Source: Patescibacteria group bacterium (GTDB lineage Bacteria > Patescibacteriota > Microgenomatia > 2-02-FULL-39-11). Taken from it: a DNA stretch of 64,000 nt. The position numbers and the translations under genes are program-made. Where the stretch lies: positions 73,273 to 137,272 of the forward strand of contig JAMCUI010000004.1 in assembly GCA_023379265.1 (NCBI GenBank), in the 5' to 3' direction. Under the pieces are notes generated by a model that had not been told where the DNA came from, searched no databases, and was given only the letters and a program-made list of their open reading frames with translations. Shown here piece after piece: positions 55,390-64,000 of the stretch (within the stretch, counting starts at the first letter, position 1; each line of letters starts with the position of its first letter).

Positions 55390-56976
55390 ATGAATGACTT
55401 GATAGGGGGAGCGGAAATTCTTACTACCGCTCCAGTTGTAAACAGCCAGCCAAAAGATGCGTCTATTTTTGCACGGCCAATCCAAAAAAATCCTCAAAAT
55501 CTGGAACTTTCACGAAACGGTACAGGAAATTACGAGTCCAACCTTCAGCTTATGATCGGACTTCTTGGCCATAAGGCTATTCAGGAAGCGTTTGGGTGTT
55601 CCGGCAACGCTTTACCAATGGTTGCGTTTACCGATTCACTCGATAAGCAACAGGTAGGAGGTGTGGCCAAAGCCGGAGAATTTATCAGAACTCAATTAAA
55701 TTATGCCGCTGAGGAAACCCGCGCGCAAATAGAATCTGCGCTTCCCATTGGCTATCAGACTATATGGCGTTCGGAACTACCGTTTGAACCATCCCATGAA
55801 CAAATTCTCAGAATAGAAAATGCCTTAAAGGATGAAAAACGTATCAAAACCGCTGTAAGACTGCTTGGATTTCCTTCGCTTCAGAGTCTTGCAATCCAAT
55901 CAATTACAAATCCGGACTTCAAAATTGTAGTTAGAAAAAACGATAAGCATATGCCCCAATATCTTAGGGCGGCAGACATAGTCTCACAAAAACTTGGCCG
56001 GCGCCCACCCGGACAAGGTGAAGATATAGTAATAAATCTTAGAGATATCTACAATATCGTTCGCAATTCGACACCAGAGGAATTAAGTAAATCGGCTTTT
56101 CTTGAGACATTGGCTTTTGCCGCTGATATATCTTCGTATTATTTTGTCGATTCCAGCATGCTGCCAAACCAGGCATTTGAATCCGGAGAAAAAATACTTG
56201 ATAAATATCTCAAAGTAATCCTGTCTGCCGGAACGAGAGTTGACCTCATTGGTTTTTCGGTCAGGGAGGGAGACGCAAAAGCCAAAACGGTGCTGCAAAA
56301 TGTCCTTCAAAGTTTTAACGGAAATCAGTGGGGATACAGATCGCCCATGGATTTCATGCAAAAGGGCGCAGACGTCAATGGGCTTTATAAAGAGTTTATC
56401 GACATGCTCCAACCCACCACAGGTGAACAGGGTCAAGTCTTGCCTCCCAGGGTTATTATTACTTTTACGGAATGTAAAATAAACCCTCTTGCTGCGCAAG
56501 GACAACAATCAGGTGAAGGACCTTCCCCCTCTCACGAAATTTCAAACGATTATTATTCTGACGCGGGCCATACTCTGTGGGCTGTTTTACAATGGATTAC
56601 AAGAGCTGCAAATTTGGAAAAAGGGAGCTCATACGAACCTCTCCTCAACCTTATGACAGCATCAAGATCAGACAGATTCAGTTCTGCAAAGGGCGCGCTT
56701 AGGGTGTTGGATCCCCTTATTTCTTCCCCACATAAATTTTTTCTCGCCCAGATAGAATGGCCAGTAATAGAAACGGACGTACGAACCGTAAATCGGGGAA
56801 AACAATCACCAAAAGTGTTCAAAAGCTATAGATTTTCACCGCATTTCGACACTGTCCCTATCAGGGATGCAAAAATCTTGCCTTTCAATGTCAGATCGCT
56901 AAGGAAGGCAGTCCAAAAAAATGGTCTGAGAATGATAAAGAGGCTTCAGGACGAGTCTAAAGGAAAGGACAATTGA
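55390..56976 (+). CDS. hypothetical protein
   Basis: 528-aa ORF, no domain recognised. Confidence 0.35.
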   Translation: MNDLIGGAEILTTAPVVNSQPKDASIFARPIQKNPQNLELSRNGTGNYESNLQLMIGLLGHKAIQEAFGCSGNALPMVAFTDSLDKQQVGGVAKAGEFIRTQLNYAAEETRAQIESALPIGYQTIWRSELPFEPSHEQILRIENALKDEKRIKTAVRLLGFPSLQSLAIQSITNPDFKIVVRKNDKHMPQYLRAADIVSQKLGRRPPGQGEDIVINLRDIYNIVRNSTPEELSKSAFLETLAFAADISSYYFVDSSMLPNQAFESGEKILDKYLKVILSAGTRVDLIGFSVREGDAKAKTVLQNVLQSFNGNQWGYRSPMDFMQKGADVNGLYKEFIDMLQPTTGEQGQVLPPRVIITFTECKINPLAAQGQQSGEGPSPSHEISNDYYSDAGHTLWAVLQWITRAANLEKGSSYEPLLNLMTASRSDRFSSAKGALRVLDPLISSPHKFFLAQIEWPVIETDVRTVNRGKQSPKVFKSYRFSPHFDTVPIRDAKILPFNVRSLRKAVQKNGLRMIKRLQDESKGKDN

Positions 56977-58925
56977 TGATGAAAGGAATAATTAAAATTT
57001 CTCTTTATATTAGTCTCCTTCTTATATTGTTACTCCATCCAATAAGTGTAGAAGCCAAATCTTACTCCATCACCTCCGACATATACCACGTTCTTATAAA
57101 CAGCGACAAATCCATAGATATAGGAGAAGAGCTGACATATGATTTCTCAGGCAGCTTCAGCTGGGCAGACATGTATATACCCACAAACATCCAAAGGCAG
57201 AACCACAACTACAATGTCACAATTGACAACTTCACTATCTCTTCTGCCGACGGCAACCCGGTCACCCTACTCGAAGACAGACAGGAAGGAAACCGCTTTT
57301 ACGCAAAGTGGGGTTACCAGGCACAGGATGAGAAAAAGACATTCCTTATAAACTACCATGTTACAAATGCGATACAAAAATATCCACTGGTTGCCGAGTT
57401 GTACTGGCAAATTATAGGCAGCGACTGGACGGTTGGCCACTATAATATCGATATCACGGTCATTCTGCCGCAACCCGCCGCTTCAGCAGCCGATATAAAC
57501 GTCTGGGGACATGGTCCACTCAACGGGAAATCGGAAATTATCGATAAGCAAACGGCGCATTTTACCGCCTCTAGTGTTGCTGCCGGACAATTTATGGAGA
57601 TTAGACTTGTCTTTCCTTCCAGTCTTATTTCCGGCAAAACCGACGCCAATACCACTCTTTCCCAGATAAAAAATGGGGAAAACAGTTTTGTCAACCAGAC
57701 TATAAACGCCGCCAAAAATGCCCAGATTCTAAACAATATTCTCCCAAAGATTTTTTCAGGTATGGCAATTATTCCTCTTGCATGGATATTAATACTCATT
57801 TATATCTGGAAAAAATATGGTGAAGAATATAAAGTCAACGGTATACCCAAATACATTAGGGAATTGCCCTCCAATCTCTCACCATCAGAAGTAGACATAC
57901 TGGTAAACCAAGGTGACAAACCGGGTATAAAAGCTTTTACAGCTTCAATATTTGATCTGGCCCGGAGGGGGTTTATAAAAATTCACGACCAGGCCACCCC
58001 AAAAGCAGGTCTTTTTTCTTCAAAAATTGAATACGAGACTACCCTGGAACTTTCTGTCGACTGGCAAAAAAAAGAAAACAAACTTACTGATTATGAAAAT
58101 GACCTTTTATACCTTTTATTTTCTACCATTGGACGCGCACCCGCCGACTCTAAACCATCTGCAGTTAACCATAATGAAAGTATTAAATCCCAATCTCAAA
58201 GTGCAGGTGGGTCAGTTGCCGGCTATCTTGACAAGCTCTTGCACAAAAAGACAGCCTTTGAGGATAAAAACGATAATAAAGTGACTTTTGAAGAGGTAAA
58301 AAGCTGGCTAAAAGGAAATTCCGAGGAATTCACCACTTGGTTTTCCGACTGGCAGGATTCGGTAAAAAAAGAATCTCAAAAATATGCTTTTATCGAGAAA
58401 AAAAGTCGACAGATGTTTGTCGCCTGCTGGATAATTACATTTATTATTCTTTTTATCTCATTTAACCCTCTTCCTCTTATTGCGGCATTTATTATCATCC
58501 CCAAGATTAAACGCTGGGACCGAAAATGGGTAAAGGAAGCAGAAGAGTGGAAAGCCTTCAAACAATTCCTCAAAGATTTCGGCGGCTTTAAGAACTTGCC
58601 GCCTGAATCTTTTAAACTTTGGGAATTTTATCTCGTCTTTGCCATCCTTTTTGGAGTAGCAGATAAGATCATAAAGATGCTGCCGGCCATTCTAGCTAGT
58701 CCCCAAGCTGTTCATGCCGGATGGTACTATATGGCAACAAGCAGCAATCTTTCTGGCGGGTCAAATCTGGATGCTACTACTCAAATGGTAAATTCTCTAA
58801 ATATACTTACGTCGGAATTGCAAACGGCTTCGATTTCCTCATCACACTACTCATCAGGAGGAGGCGGTGGCTTTTCCGGAGGAGGCGGTGGCGGCGGGGG
58901 TGGTGGAGGAGGAGGCGCAGGATGA
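56973..58925 (+). CDS. DUF2207-family membrane protein with Gly-rich C-terminus
   Basis: Signal peptide, central/C-terminal TM helices, terminal SGGGGGFSGGGGGGGGGGGGGAG. Confidence 0.6.
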   Translation: MMMKGIIKISLYISLLLILLLHPISVEAKSYSITSDIYHVLINSDKSIDIGEELTYDFSGSFSWADMYIPTNIQRQNHNYNVTIDNFTISSADGNPVTLLEDRQEGNRFYAKWGYQAQDEKKTFLINYHVTNAIQKYPLVAELYWQIIGSDWTVGHYNIDITVILPQPAASAADINVWGHGPLNGKSEIIDKQTAHFTASSVAAGQFMEIRLVFPSSLISGKTDANTTLSQIKNGENSFVNQTINAAKNAQILNNILPKIFSGMAIIPLAWILILIYIWKKYGEEYKVNGIPKYIRELPSNLSPSEVDILVNQGDKPGIKAFTASIFDLARRGFIKIHDQATPKAGLFSSKIEYETTLELSVDWQKKENKLTDYENDLLYLLFSTIGRAPADSKPSAVNHNESIKSQSQSAGGSVAGYLDKLLHKKTAFEDKNDNKVTFEEVKSWLKGNSEEFTTWFSDWQDSVKKESQKYAFIEKKSRQMFVACWIITFIILFISFNPLPLIAAFIIIPKIKRWDRKWVKEAEEWKAFKQFLKDFGGFKNLPPESFKLWEFYLVFAILFGVADKIIKMLPAILASPQAVHAGWYYMATSSNLSGGSNLDATTQMVNSLNILTSELQTASISSSHYSSGGGGGFSGGGGGGGGGGGGGAG

Positions 58926-59140
58926 CAGAAAATATAGTTGTACTAAAAACTTACAGTTCCAGAATTGAGGCAGAACTTGTCAGGGGAAAACTGGAAACTG
59001 TCGGTATAGAATCATTTGTGATGGCTGACGATGCCGGAGGAATGTATCCCTTCCCCGCTCAGTCGGGGTTTGATAAAGTCAAGCTTTTTGTTCGCAAAAG
59101 TGACTTAAAAAATGCTCTGAAACTGCTTTGCCCCAATTGA
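58922..59140 (+). CDS. DUF2007-like small protein (putative signal-transducing domain)
   Basis: 72 aa; ATGA start/stop overlap with preceding gene; motif similar to DUF2007. Confidence 0.45.
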   Translation: MTENIVVLKTYSSRIEAELVRGKLETVGIESFVMADDAGGMYPFPAQSGFDKVKLFVRKSDLKNALKLLCPN

Positions 59141-59146
59141 ATTTTC

Positions 59147-59569
59147 TTATATCAATACCAATACAGCAGCCATAAAAAGAAGCGATACCAGCCTGAAAGC
59201 ATTATCAAGAACATATAATTCCCACGGCTTCTTTTCTGCACCAAATAAATATCCTGATAAGCTTGTTGTCGCTACAAAACCAAGCCATGCCCATACAGCA
59301 GTTTTGAGACCTACTGTAAGATTATAGGATCCTGGCTTGGTAAACCAGATGAAATGGAAGAGCACATACGCCATGACTGCTGAAGAAACAAACATCGTCA
59401 GGTATTTGCCATTCATGCCTTTCCTGGCTGCCTCCATTTGCTTCTCTGTTATCCCGGCCAGCTTCATCCATTGTTTGCCAAAAAGCGGACCGTACCAGAT
59501 AAATCCGGTAAGCATCGACACCAAAGCGGCTATTACAACTGAAAAATAATTCACAGGCACCAAAAACAT
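59147..59569 (-). CDS. DUF1761-like small membrane protein
   Basis: SD GGAGGTG; pattern ...VVIAALVSMLTGFIWYGPLFGKQW... Confidence 0.45.
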   Translation of the reverse strand: MFLVPVNYFSVVIAALVSMLTGFIWYGPLFGKQWMKLAGITEKQMEAARKGMNGKYLTMFVSSAVMAYVLFHFIWFTKPGSYNLTVGLKTAVWAWLGFVATTSLSGYLFGAEKKPWELYVLDNAFRLVSLLFMAAVLVLI

Positions 59570-59633
59570 CCTTCATCACCTCCTATCTTCATTGAGTATA
59601 AACACAATATATGACTTATCAATAACATATACA

Positions 59634-59706
59634 CATCTTATTCTGGTTCGAAGCTTGTAGAGCCAAAAAAGCAGATAAGTGCTGAGACGTAGCCGAAGCA
59701 TAGATG
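59634..59706. repeat. Right copy of ~74-bp inverted repeat (partner 47892-47965)
   Basis: See left copy. Confidence 0.85.
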
Positions 59707-59710
59707 GGTA

Positions 59711-60523
59711 TTAACTTCTGAAATACTCGAGAGTCAAGCATTTTACCGAGCCGCCACCCTTAAAATACTCCTCCATTTGGGTTTCAAATATTTCATAGCC
59801 TACTTTCAAAAGTTCGCTTTTGACATCTTTACCTACTCCGCGTCCGGTTATCACGGTATGGTCCCGGGAGAGAATATTGCAACACATAAACGGCATATCT
59901 GCTTTTTGGGCCAAAATGACTTTCTTGAAATTCTTTTTTATCTTTTCTACATCCTCGTTGCTGAAAGATGAAGGATTTATGACTACTTTGCCGTCTCCCA
60001 AAGGCGCAAAACAGGTATCCAGGTGGTAATAATACGGATCATTGACTTCAAAACTGATAACTTTCTCGCCTACTATCTTTTCTATATACTTCAGAGCTTC
60101 TTTTGATGTCCTCTTGCCCCAACCGCAAAAGAATTTTCCATCCCGGTAAAACATATCCCCCTGTCCTTCAAAATATATGCCCTCAGGTATCTTTTTTATC
60201 TTAAATCCCTTTTCCTTAAAATATTTTTCTGCCCAGTCTGCTTCCTTTCTCCTTTGCTGAAATCGGAAGTTTGACTTTATAAAAATATCATCTATGACAA
60301 AACCGTGGTTGGCGGCATAGACCATGTCGGGCAATCCGGGCTGCGCGTCAATCTCTTGCACCTCAAGATCCAGCTTCCTGTAAATATCTTTAAGATTTTT
60401 ATATTCCGATTTGACTTTTTGTTGATCAACCTTATTTTTGATATCCATCCACGGATTTATCTCATACTCTATTTGGTAATAGTCAGGCGGACACAAAAGG
60501 ACGGTCTTTATATCTTTTGACAT
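59711..60523 (-). CDS. amidinotransferase-superfamily enzyme (DDAH / arginine-deiminase / agmatine-deiminase-like)
   Basis: ~270 aa with C-terminal GGGSVKCLT catalytic-Cys-like motif. Confidence 0.5.
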   Translation of the reverse strand: MSKDIKTVLLCPPDYYQIEYEINPWMDIKNKVDQQKVKSEYKNLKDIYRKLDLEVQEIDAQPGLPDMVYAANHGFVIDDIFIKSNFRFQQRRKEADWAEKYFKEKGFKIKKIPEGIYFEGQGDMFYRDGKFFCGWGKRTSKEALKYIEKIVGEKVISFEVNDPYYYHLDTCFAPLGDGKVVINPSSFSNEDVEKIKKNFKKVILAQKADMPFMCCNILSRDHTVITGRGVGKDVKSELLKVGYEIFETQMEEYFKGGGSVKCLTLEYFRS

Positions 60524-60664
60524 AAATTGTGAGAAATATTACAAAGAATTAGTATGAGTGTATCGTCTGAGAGCAAAAATTGTCAATAAGGAAACCCGCT
60601 GGAGGCATCCGGCGGGTCATAAAGATTCCGCCATTTCCCTAAATACTCTCACAATTATCAGGCT

Positions 60665-61681
60665 TTACTTATTTGTCTCCAAATAATATTCCAAAAGAGT
60701 TCTAAAAAGTGCGGTTACTGGCACAGCCAATATCATGCCAAGTATTCCCCAGAGGTGCGCGCCAGCCACTACAGCAAAAAGTACAACAAATGGGTGGAGT
60801 TTTGTTGCCTTACCCAAGACGACAGGAATTATAAGTATGTCTTCAGCTTCGCGCAAAATAAAATAGGCCAGGGCAACCACCAACCCCTGCATAAGAGGTG
60901 GCAGATTGAGAGTATTTATACCATCAAATATTGCCACCAATACCGCTGCTGCCCCGGCGATAACCGGACCGACAATGGGAACAATTTCCGCGATGCCGGT
61001 AAATATTCCCAAAGTCAGAGCATATCTGACATGCAATAGGGACAACACAATAAACGACACGACAGCCATAAGAAATACCAGAAAAATCTGACCTCGCAAA
61101 TAATCATTCAGGACAGTACTTGTACGTGAGAAAATATCCTCAGCGATTTTCCTGTATTTTGGCGGTAGGCTTCCTATTAGTTTTCTTATCATCATATCCC
61201 CGTCTTTGAGAAAATAAAACCCTGAAACAAGAAAAATAAGAGTGGATACTATACCTGAAAGGGCCCCAGAAAAATAAGGAGTAAGACGGGTAGGCGTAAA
61301 TGAGTATACCAACTCGCGGTTTGCCGCCAGCTCCATGATGGTAAAACGTAACCAGTCCGGATAATCGGATAATTGGTTGGCAGAGATATAACGCAGTTTA
61401 CTGAGTTCACTACCCAATTCCCTTGATTCCCTAGCAAGAAGTATGCCTGACCTGGCTGAAGCAATGACGAGGATTGCAGCCACCAGAATATAAATTGTCA
61501 CTACACTCAAAGTTCTGGGTATATGCAACTTTTCTGAAAGAAATCTGACTGAAGGATTCAGTATATATGCTAATATAGCAGCCAGTATAAAGGGAGTAAG
61601 GACTCCTCTTATAACAAACAGGAAGAGCAAAGCTCCTGTAAAAAGGAGGGTCTTTACGGTATTCCTCTGGTCAATTTTCAT
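60665..61681 (-). CDS. AI-2E family transporter (UPF0118/PerM-like)
   Basis: 338 aa, ~8 TM, conserved family topology. Confidence 0.7.
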   Translation of the reverse strand: MKIDQRNTVKTLLFTGALLFLFVIRGVLTPFILAAILAYILNPSVRFLSEKLHIPRTLSVVTIYILVAAILVIASARSGILLARESRELGSELSKLRYISANQLSDYPDWLRFTIMELAANRELVYSFTPTRLTPYFSGALSGIVSTLIFLVSGFYFLKDGDMMIRKLIGSLPPKYRKIAEDIFSRTSTVLNDYLRGQIFLVFLMAVVSFIVLSLLHVRYALTLGIFTGIAEIVPIVGPVIAGAAAVLVAIFDGINTLNLPPLMQGLVVALAYFILREAEDILIIPVVLGKATKLHPFVVLFAVVAGAHLWGILGMILAVPVTALFRTLLEYYLETNK

Positions 61682-62130
61682 ACGTGGTATTTTTTCTTCA
61701 TTACTACCGATGCGGCTACAAAACCAATCCCGACAAGGATAAAAAATATAGGCAGGATTATTCCCGCTGCGCCTGCCAGTAGCCCTGCTGATGGTGTGGC
61801 GGTTGGAGTTGCAGGCACGATTGTGTCTGTTGGTGTCAGGCTGGGAGTATCGGTGGGAACTTCAGTAGGCAGCGCACGGTATACCGGTCTTGGTGTAGAT
61901 GTTGCTGAAGCGGGCACAGGAGTAAGTGTTTCAGTCGGGCCCGGTGTATTTGTCGGCCCTGACGTGGGAGTAATAGTAGGCGTATCTGACGATGCTGGAG
62001 TACCTGTGGCAGGAGCAGTTGTTGGAGTATTAGACTGCGCCAAAACAGAACCCTGTTTTGTCAAAATTACGGTAAGAAGGAATAATATGCTCAAAAAACA
62101 AAAAAATACCGCTTTTTTCATCATATTCAA
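61678..62130 (-). CDS. hypothetical secreted Pro/Thr-rich protein with C-terminal TM anchor
   Basis: Signal peptide, PT-rich repeats, C-terminal hydrophobic helix + KKKYHV. Confidence 0.4.
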   Translation of the reverse strand: MNMMKKAVFFCFLSILFLLTVILTKQGSVLAQSNTPTTAPATGTPASSDTPTITPTSGPTNTPGPTETLTPVPASATSTPRPVYRALPTEVPTDTPSLTPTDTIVPATPTATPSAGLLAGAAGIILPIFFILVGIGFVAASVVMKKKYHV

Positions 62131-62170
62131 ACGATAGCGTATTTTACATTATCGGGAATAAGAAGACAAG

Positions 62171-63382
62171 TTATTTATTAGAAGGTTTATAAAACTTTCT
62201 ACCCTTTAATTTTTCCGGCAAAAAGTATTTTCCTTCTGTTGGCCCGACATATCCCCCACTCCAGATATAATCCTTGGCATACCCCAACTGTTTCATCAGT
62301 TTTGTCGGTGCATTGCGAAGATGAAGAGGTACCGGTTCATTTGGTAATTCATAAACAGCACTTTTGGCTGCGGAAAGAGCGTTGGGTACTGCCCTGGACT
62401 TTGGCACGCGGGAAAGGTAAATGGCGGTATGAGCCAATATAAGTTGTGCCTCCGGCATACCAATTTTGGTCACAGCATCAAATGCAGCATTTGCCATAAT
62501 CAGCGCTCCGCGGTCGGCCATACCGATATCTTCTGAGGCTAGGATTATCATTCTTCGGGCTATAAATTTGGGATCCTCGCCGTTTTCTAGCATCCTGGCC
62601 AAATAATATAAAGCAGCATCGGGATCACTACCGCGCACCGATTTTATGAAAGCACTTATGATATTGTAATGTTCATCGGCTTTCTTATCATAAAGACCGG
62701 CCGAGCGTGTCTGGAAAACTTCTTTTACCAATTCATTATCAATATCCCTTTTTCTATATGCAGTCACTGCCATTTCCAAAGCGTTCAGCATTATCCGGGC
62801 ATCACCTCCGGAAAGTCGCATAAGGAGTTCGCTTGCATCTTTGTCAATTTTCTTCTTATATTTACCCAATCCGTCTTTGATGTCCGTCATTGCCCTTTGA
62901 ATAATTTTCTCCAAATCATCCTTTTCCAATCCTCTAAGCACAAACACCCTGCATCTTGACAACAAAGGACTGATTATCTCAAATGACGGGTTTTCTGTTG
63001 TTGCACCAATAAGAATTAGAATGTTTGACTCTACATGAGGCAAAAGGACATCCTGCTGGGCTTTATTCCAACGGTGTATCTCATCAATAAAAAGGATTGT
63101 CTTTTTACCTATTTGCTGGTTAAGTTTGGCTAAGTTAATAATTTTTAATAACGCTTCCTTACCGCTTTCTACAGCTGACAGTTGGTGGAAATCTGCCCCC
63201 GTTTCCTGTGAAATTATATAAGCTAATGTAGTCTTGCCGCTTCCCGGCGGCCCCCAGAAAATCATGGAAAAGAGATTGTCACCCTCAATCATCTTCCTTA
63301 TTATTCTCCCCCATCCAACCAGATGCTCTTGTCCGACAAAATCCGCAAGACTTTTGGGTCTCAGGCTGTAGGCTAAATTCAT
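62171..63382 (-). CDS. rarA: replication-associated recombination protein A (AAA+ ATPase)
   Basis: Walker A GPPGSGKTTLA, Walker B ILFIDEIHRWN, MgsA C-terminal domain. Confidence 0.85.
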   Translation of the reverse strand: MNLAYSLRPKSLADFVGQEHLVGWGRIIRKMIEGDNLFSMIFWGPPGSGKTTLAYIISQETGADFHQLSAVESGKEALLKIINLAKLNQQIGKKTILFIDEIHRWNKAQQDVLLPHVESNILILIGATTENPSFEIISPLLSRCRVFVLRGLEKDDLEKIIQRAMTDIKDGLGKYKKKIDKDASELLMRLSGGDARIMLNALEMAVTAYRKRDIDNELVKEVFQTRSAGLYDKKADEHYNIISAFIKSVRGSDPDAALYYLARMLENGEDPKFIARRMIILASEDIGMADRGALIMANAAFDAVTKIGMPEAQLILAHTAIYLSRVPKSRAVPNALSAAKSAVYELPNEPVPLHLRNAPTKLMKQLGYAKDYIWSGGYVGPTEGKYFLPEKLKGRKFYKPSNK

Positions 63383-63426
63383 GGCCTTATTGTATCACGG
63401 GATAAAAGGAGTTTAACGGAGAAAAT

Positions 63427-63999
63427 TTAGGGGGCTGGCGGCACAACTACAGTCTTTAGTCCGTATGCGCCGTCTATATAAGTAACAAATATAGTACTAC
63501 TGCCGGAATAATTACTGGATAACTCCCAAAAAGCATCACCTTGCATCATAGAGTTTGGCGTCCATGAGGTATTGGTCACTGTCTGTACCGCTGACCAGTT
63601 TGCTCCCTGGAATGGGTTTTGTCCTACCTTATAAAACACTCCTGCGTTTGCGCTGTCATTTTTGCCGGCAGACCGGTAGAAAACATAGAGATTACCGGTG
63701 GAAGTATCAAGCGATATAGCGGGTGTATAAAATACGGTGCTGTTATCCAATGTAACCGGGCTGTTCCATTGTGTCGTTCTGTTTTCATACTGTACTGAAC
63801 CGTCACTGCCTATATATACCAAATGTACGGTATCCCCATTGGCAACTATAGAAAATCCCTGTATATAAATTCCCATTACTGTTGAAGAAACTATAGTCTC
63901 CTGGGGTTGCCAACTTGTACCATCAAAAAGTCTCCCGTAAATCTGTCCGTATGTCCCGTCTGTACTTTTATACACCACATAGACCTTCCCATTTGTCAA
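63427..63999 (-). CDS. hypothetical exported protein, N-terminally truncated by window edge
   Basis: ORF continues beyond 63999; Ser/Thr/Tyr-rich. Confidence 0.3.
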   Translation of the reverse strand: MTNGKVYVVYKSTDGTYGQIYGRLFDGTSWQPQETIVSSTVMGIYIQGFSIVANGDTVHLVYIGSDGSVQYENRTTQWNSPVTLDNSTVFYTPAISLDTSTGNLYVFYRSAGKNDSANAGVFYKVGQNPFQGANWSAVQTVTNTSWTPNSMMQGDAFWELSSNYSGSSTIFVTYIDGAYGLKTVVVPPAP

Positions 64000-64000
64000 C

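Noticed and set aside
58721-59140. 139-aa ORF 58721..59140 as a gene
   Set aside because: The upstream part overlaps the Gly-rich end of the DUF2207 gene in another frame (an Arg-rich artefact). The conserved small domain begins at ATG 58922, which overlaps the DUF2207 stop (ATGA).
47892-59706. Inverted repeat pair as terminal inverted repeats of a transposon or IS
   Set aside because: The enclosed 11.7 kb carries essential housekeeping genes (rpsB, tsf, tmk) and no transposase or integrase. An inversion or duplication substrate is more plausible.
1-64000. tRNA and rRNA genes
   Set aside because: Intergenic regions were scanned for T-arm (GTTCRANYC) and rRNA-like segments and none were found. 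A tRNAscan/Infernal run would be needed to be certain.

Overview
This 64-kb window comes from a low-GC, gene-dense bacterial chromosome. Several features point to a streamlined Patescibacteria/CPR-like organism: an archaeal-type ProRS, short DnaX and EF-Ts, a 'four-helix-bundle' protein, ribosomal protein S21, and many DUF membrane proteins. This lineage call is an inference; no rRNA or tRNA gene was found to anchor it.

Positions 1-29,500 are mostly minus-strand housekeeping genes (ssb, rpsF, cysS, recR, prs, dnaX-ybaB, ybeY, rpsU, proS, proCAB, rseP, frr). Embedded at 7.4-14 kb is a coherent SAM/methionine-recycling and reverse-transsulfuration block: a Cys/Met PLP lyase, a CysK/CBS-like enzyme, a DUF62 SAM hydroxide adenosyltransferase, AhcY, a HAD hydrolase and a PfkB kinase.

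Positions 29,500-48,500 are a compositionally mosaic accessory region. It opens with a TraD/VirD4-like P-loop ATPase carrying a Pro/Thr-rich tail. After it comes a visibly GC-rich island (about 33.1-44.3 kb) of ten secreted or membrane proteins with no recognisable enzymatic domains. These ten genes are organised as independent cassettes. Each cassette reuses the same roughly 100-250 bp terminator/promoter/structured-leader modules, in three repeat families; one family has stems carrying compensatory substitutions. The island is bracketed by two paralogous small coiled-coil genes (81 and 87 aa), each driven by a near-identical canonical TTGACA-17-TAATAT promoter and apparently leaderless.

The remaining 15 kb holds tsf, rpsB, tmk, two divergent RelA/SpoT-type HD-domain proteins and various hypotheticals. 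A 96%-identical inverted repeat of about 74 bp (47,892-47,965 and 59,634-59,706) flanks 11.7 kb of this region.

Other notable structures:
- a 76-bp x 5 tandem array that re-copies the last 22 codons plus stop of recR;
- an in-frame TGA inside an otherwise intact CsaA-like tRNA-binding gene that has its own SD and ATG;
- a 42-bp in-frame tandem duplication in proB;
- a duplicated translation-start region for a DHH-family gene;
- a triple tandem hairpin array downstream of a strong promoter;
- several candidate structured intergenic RNAs.

All calls rest on reading the ORF translations and the sequence by eye; no database searches were run.
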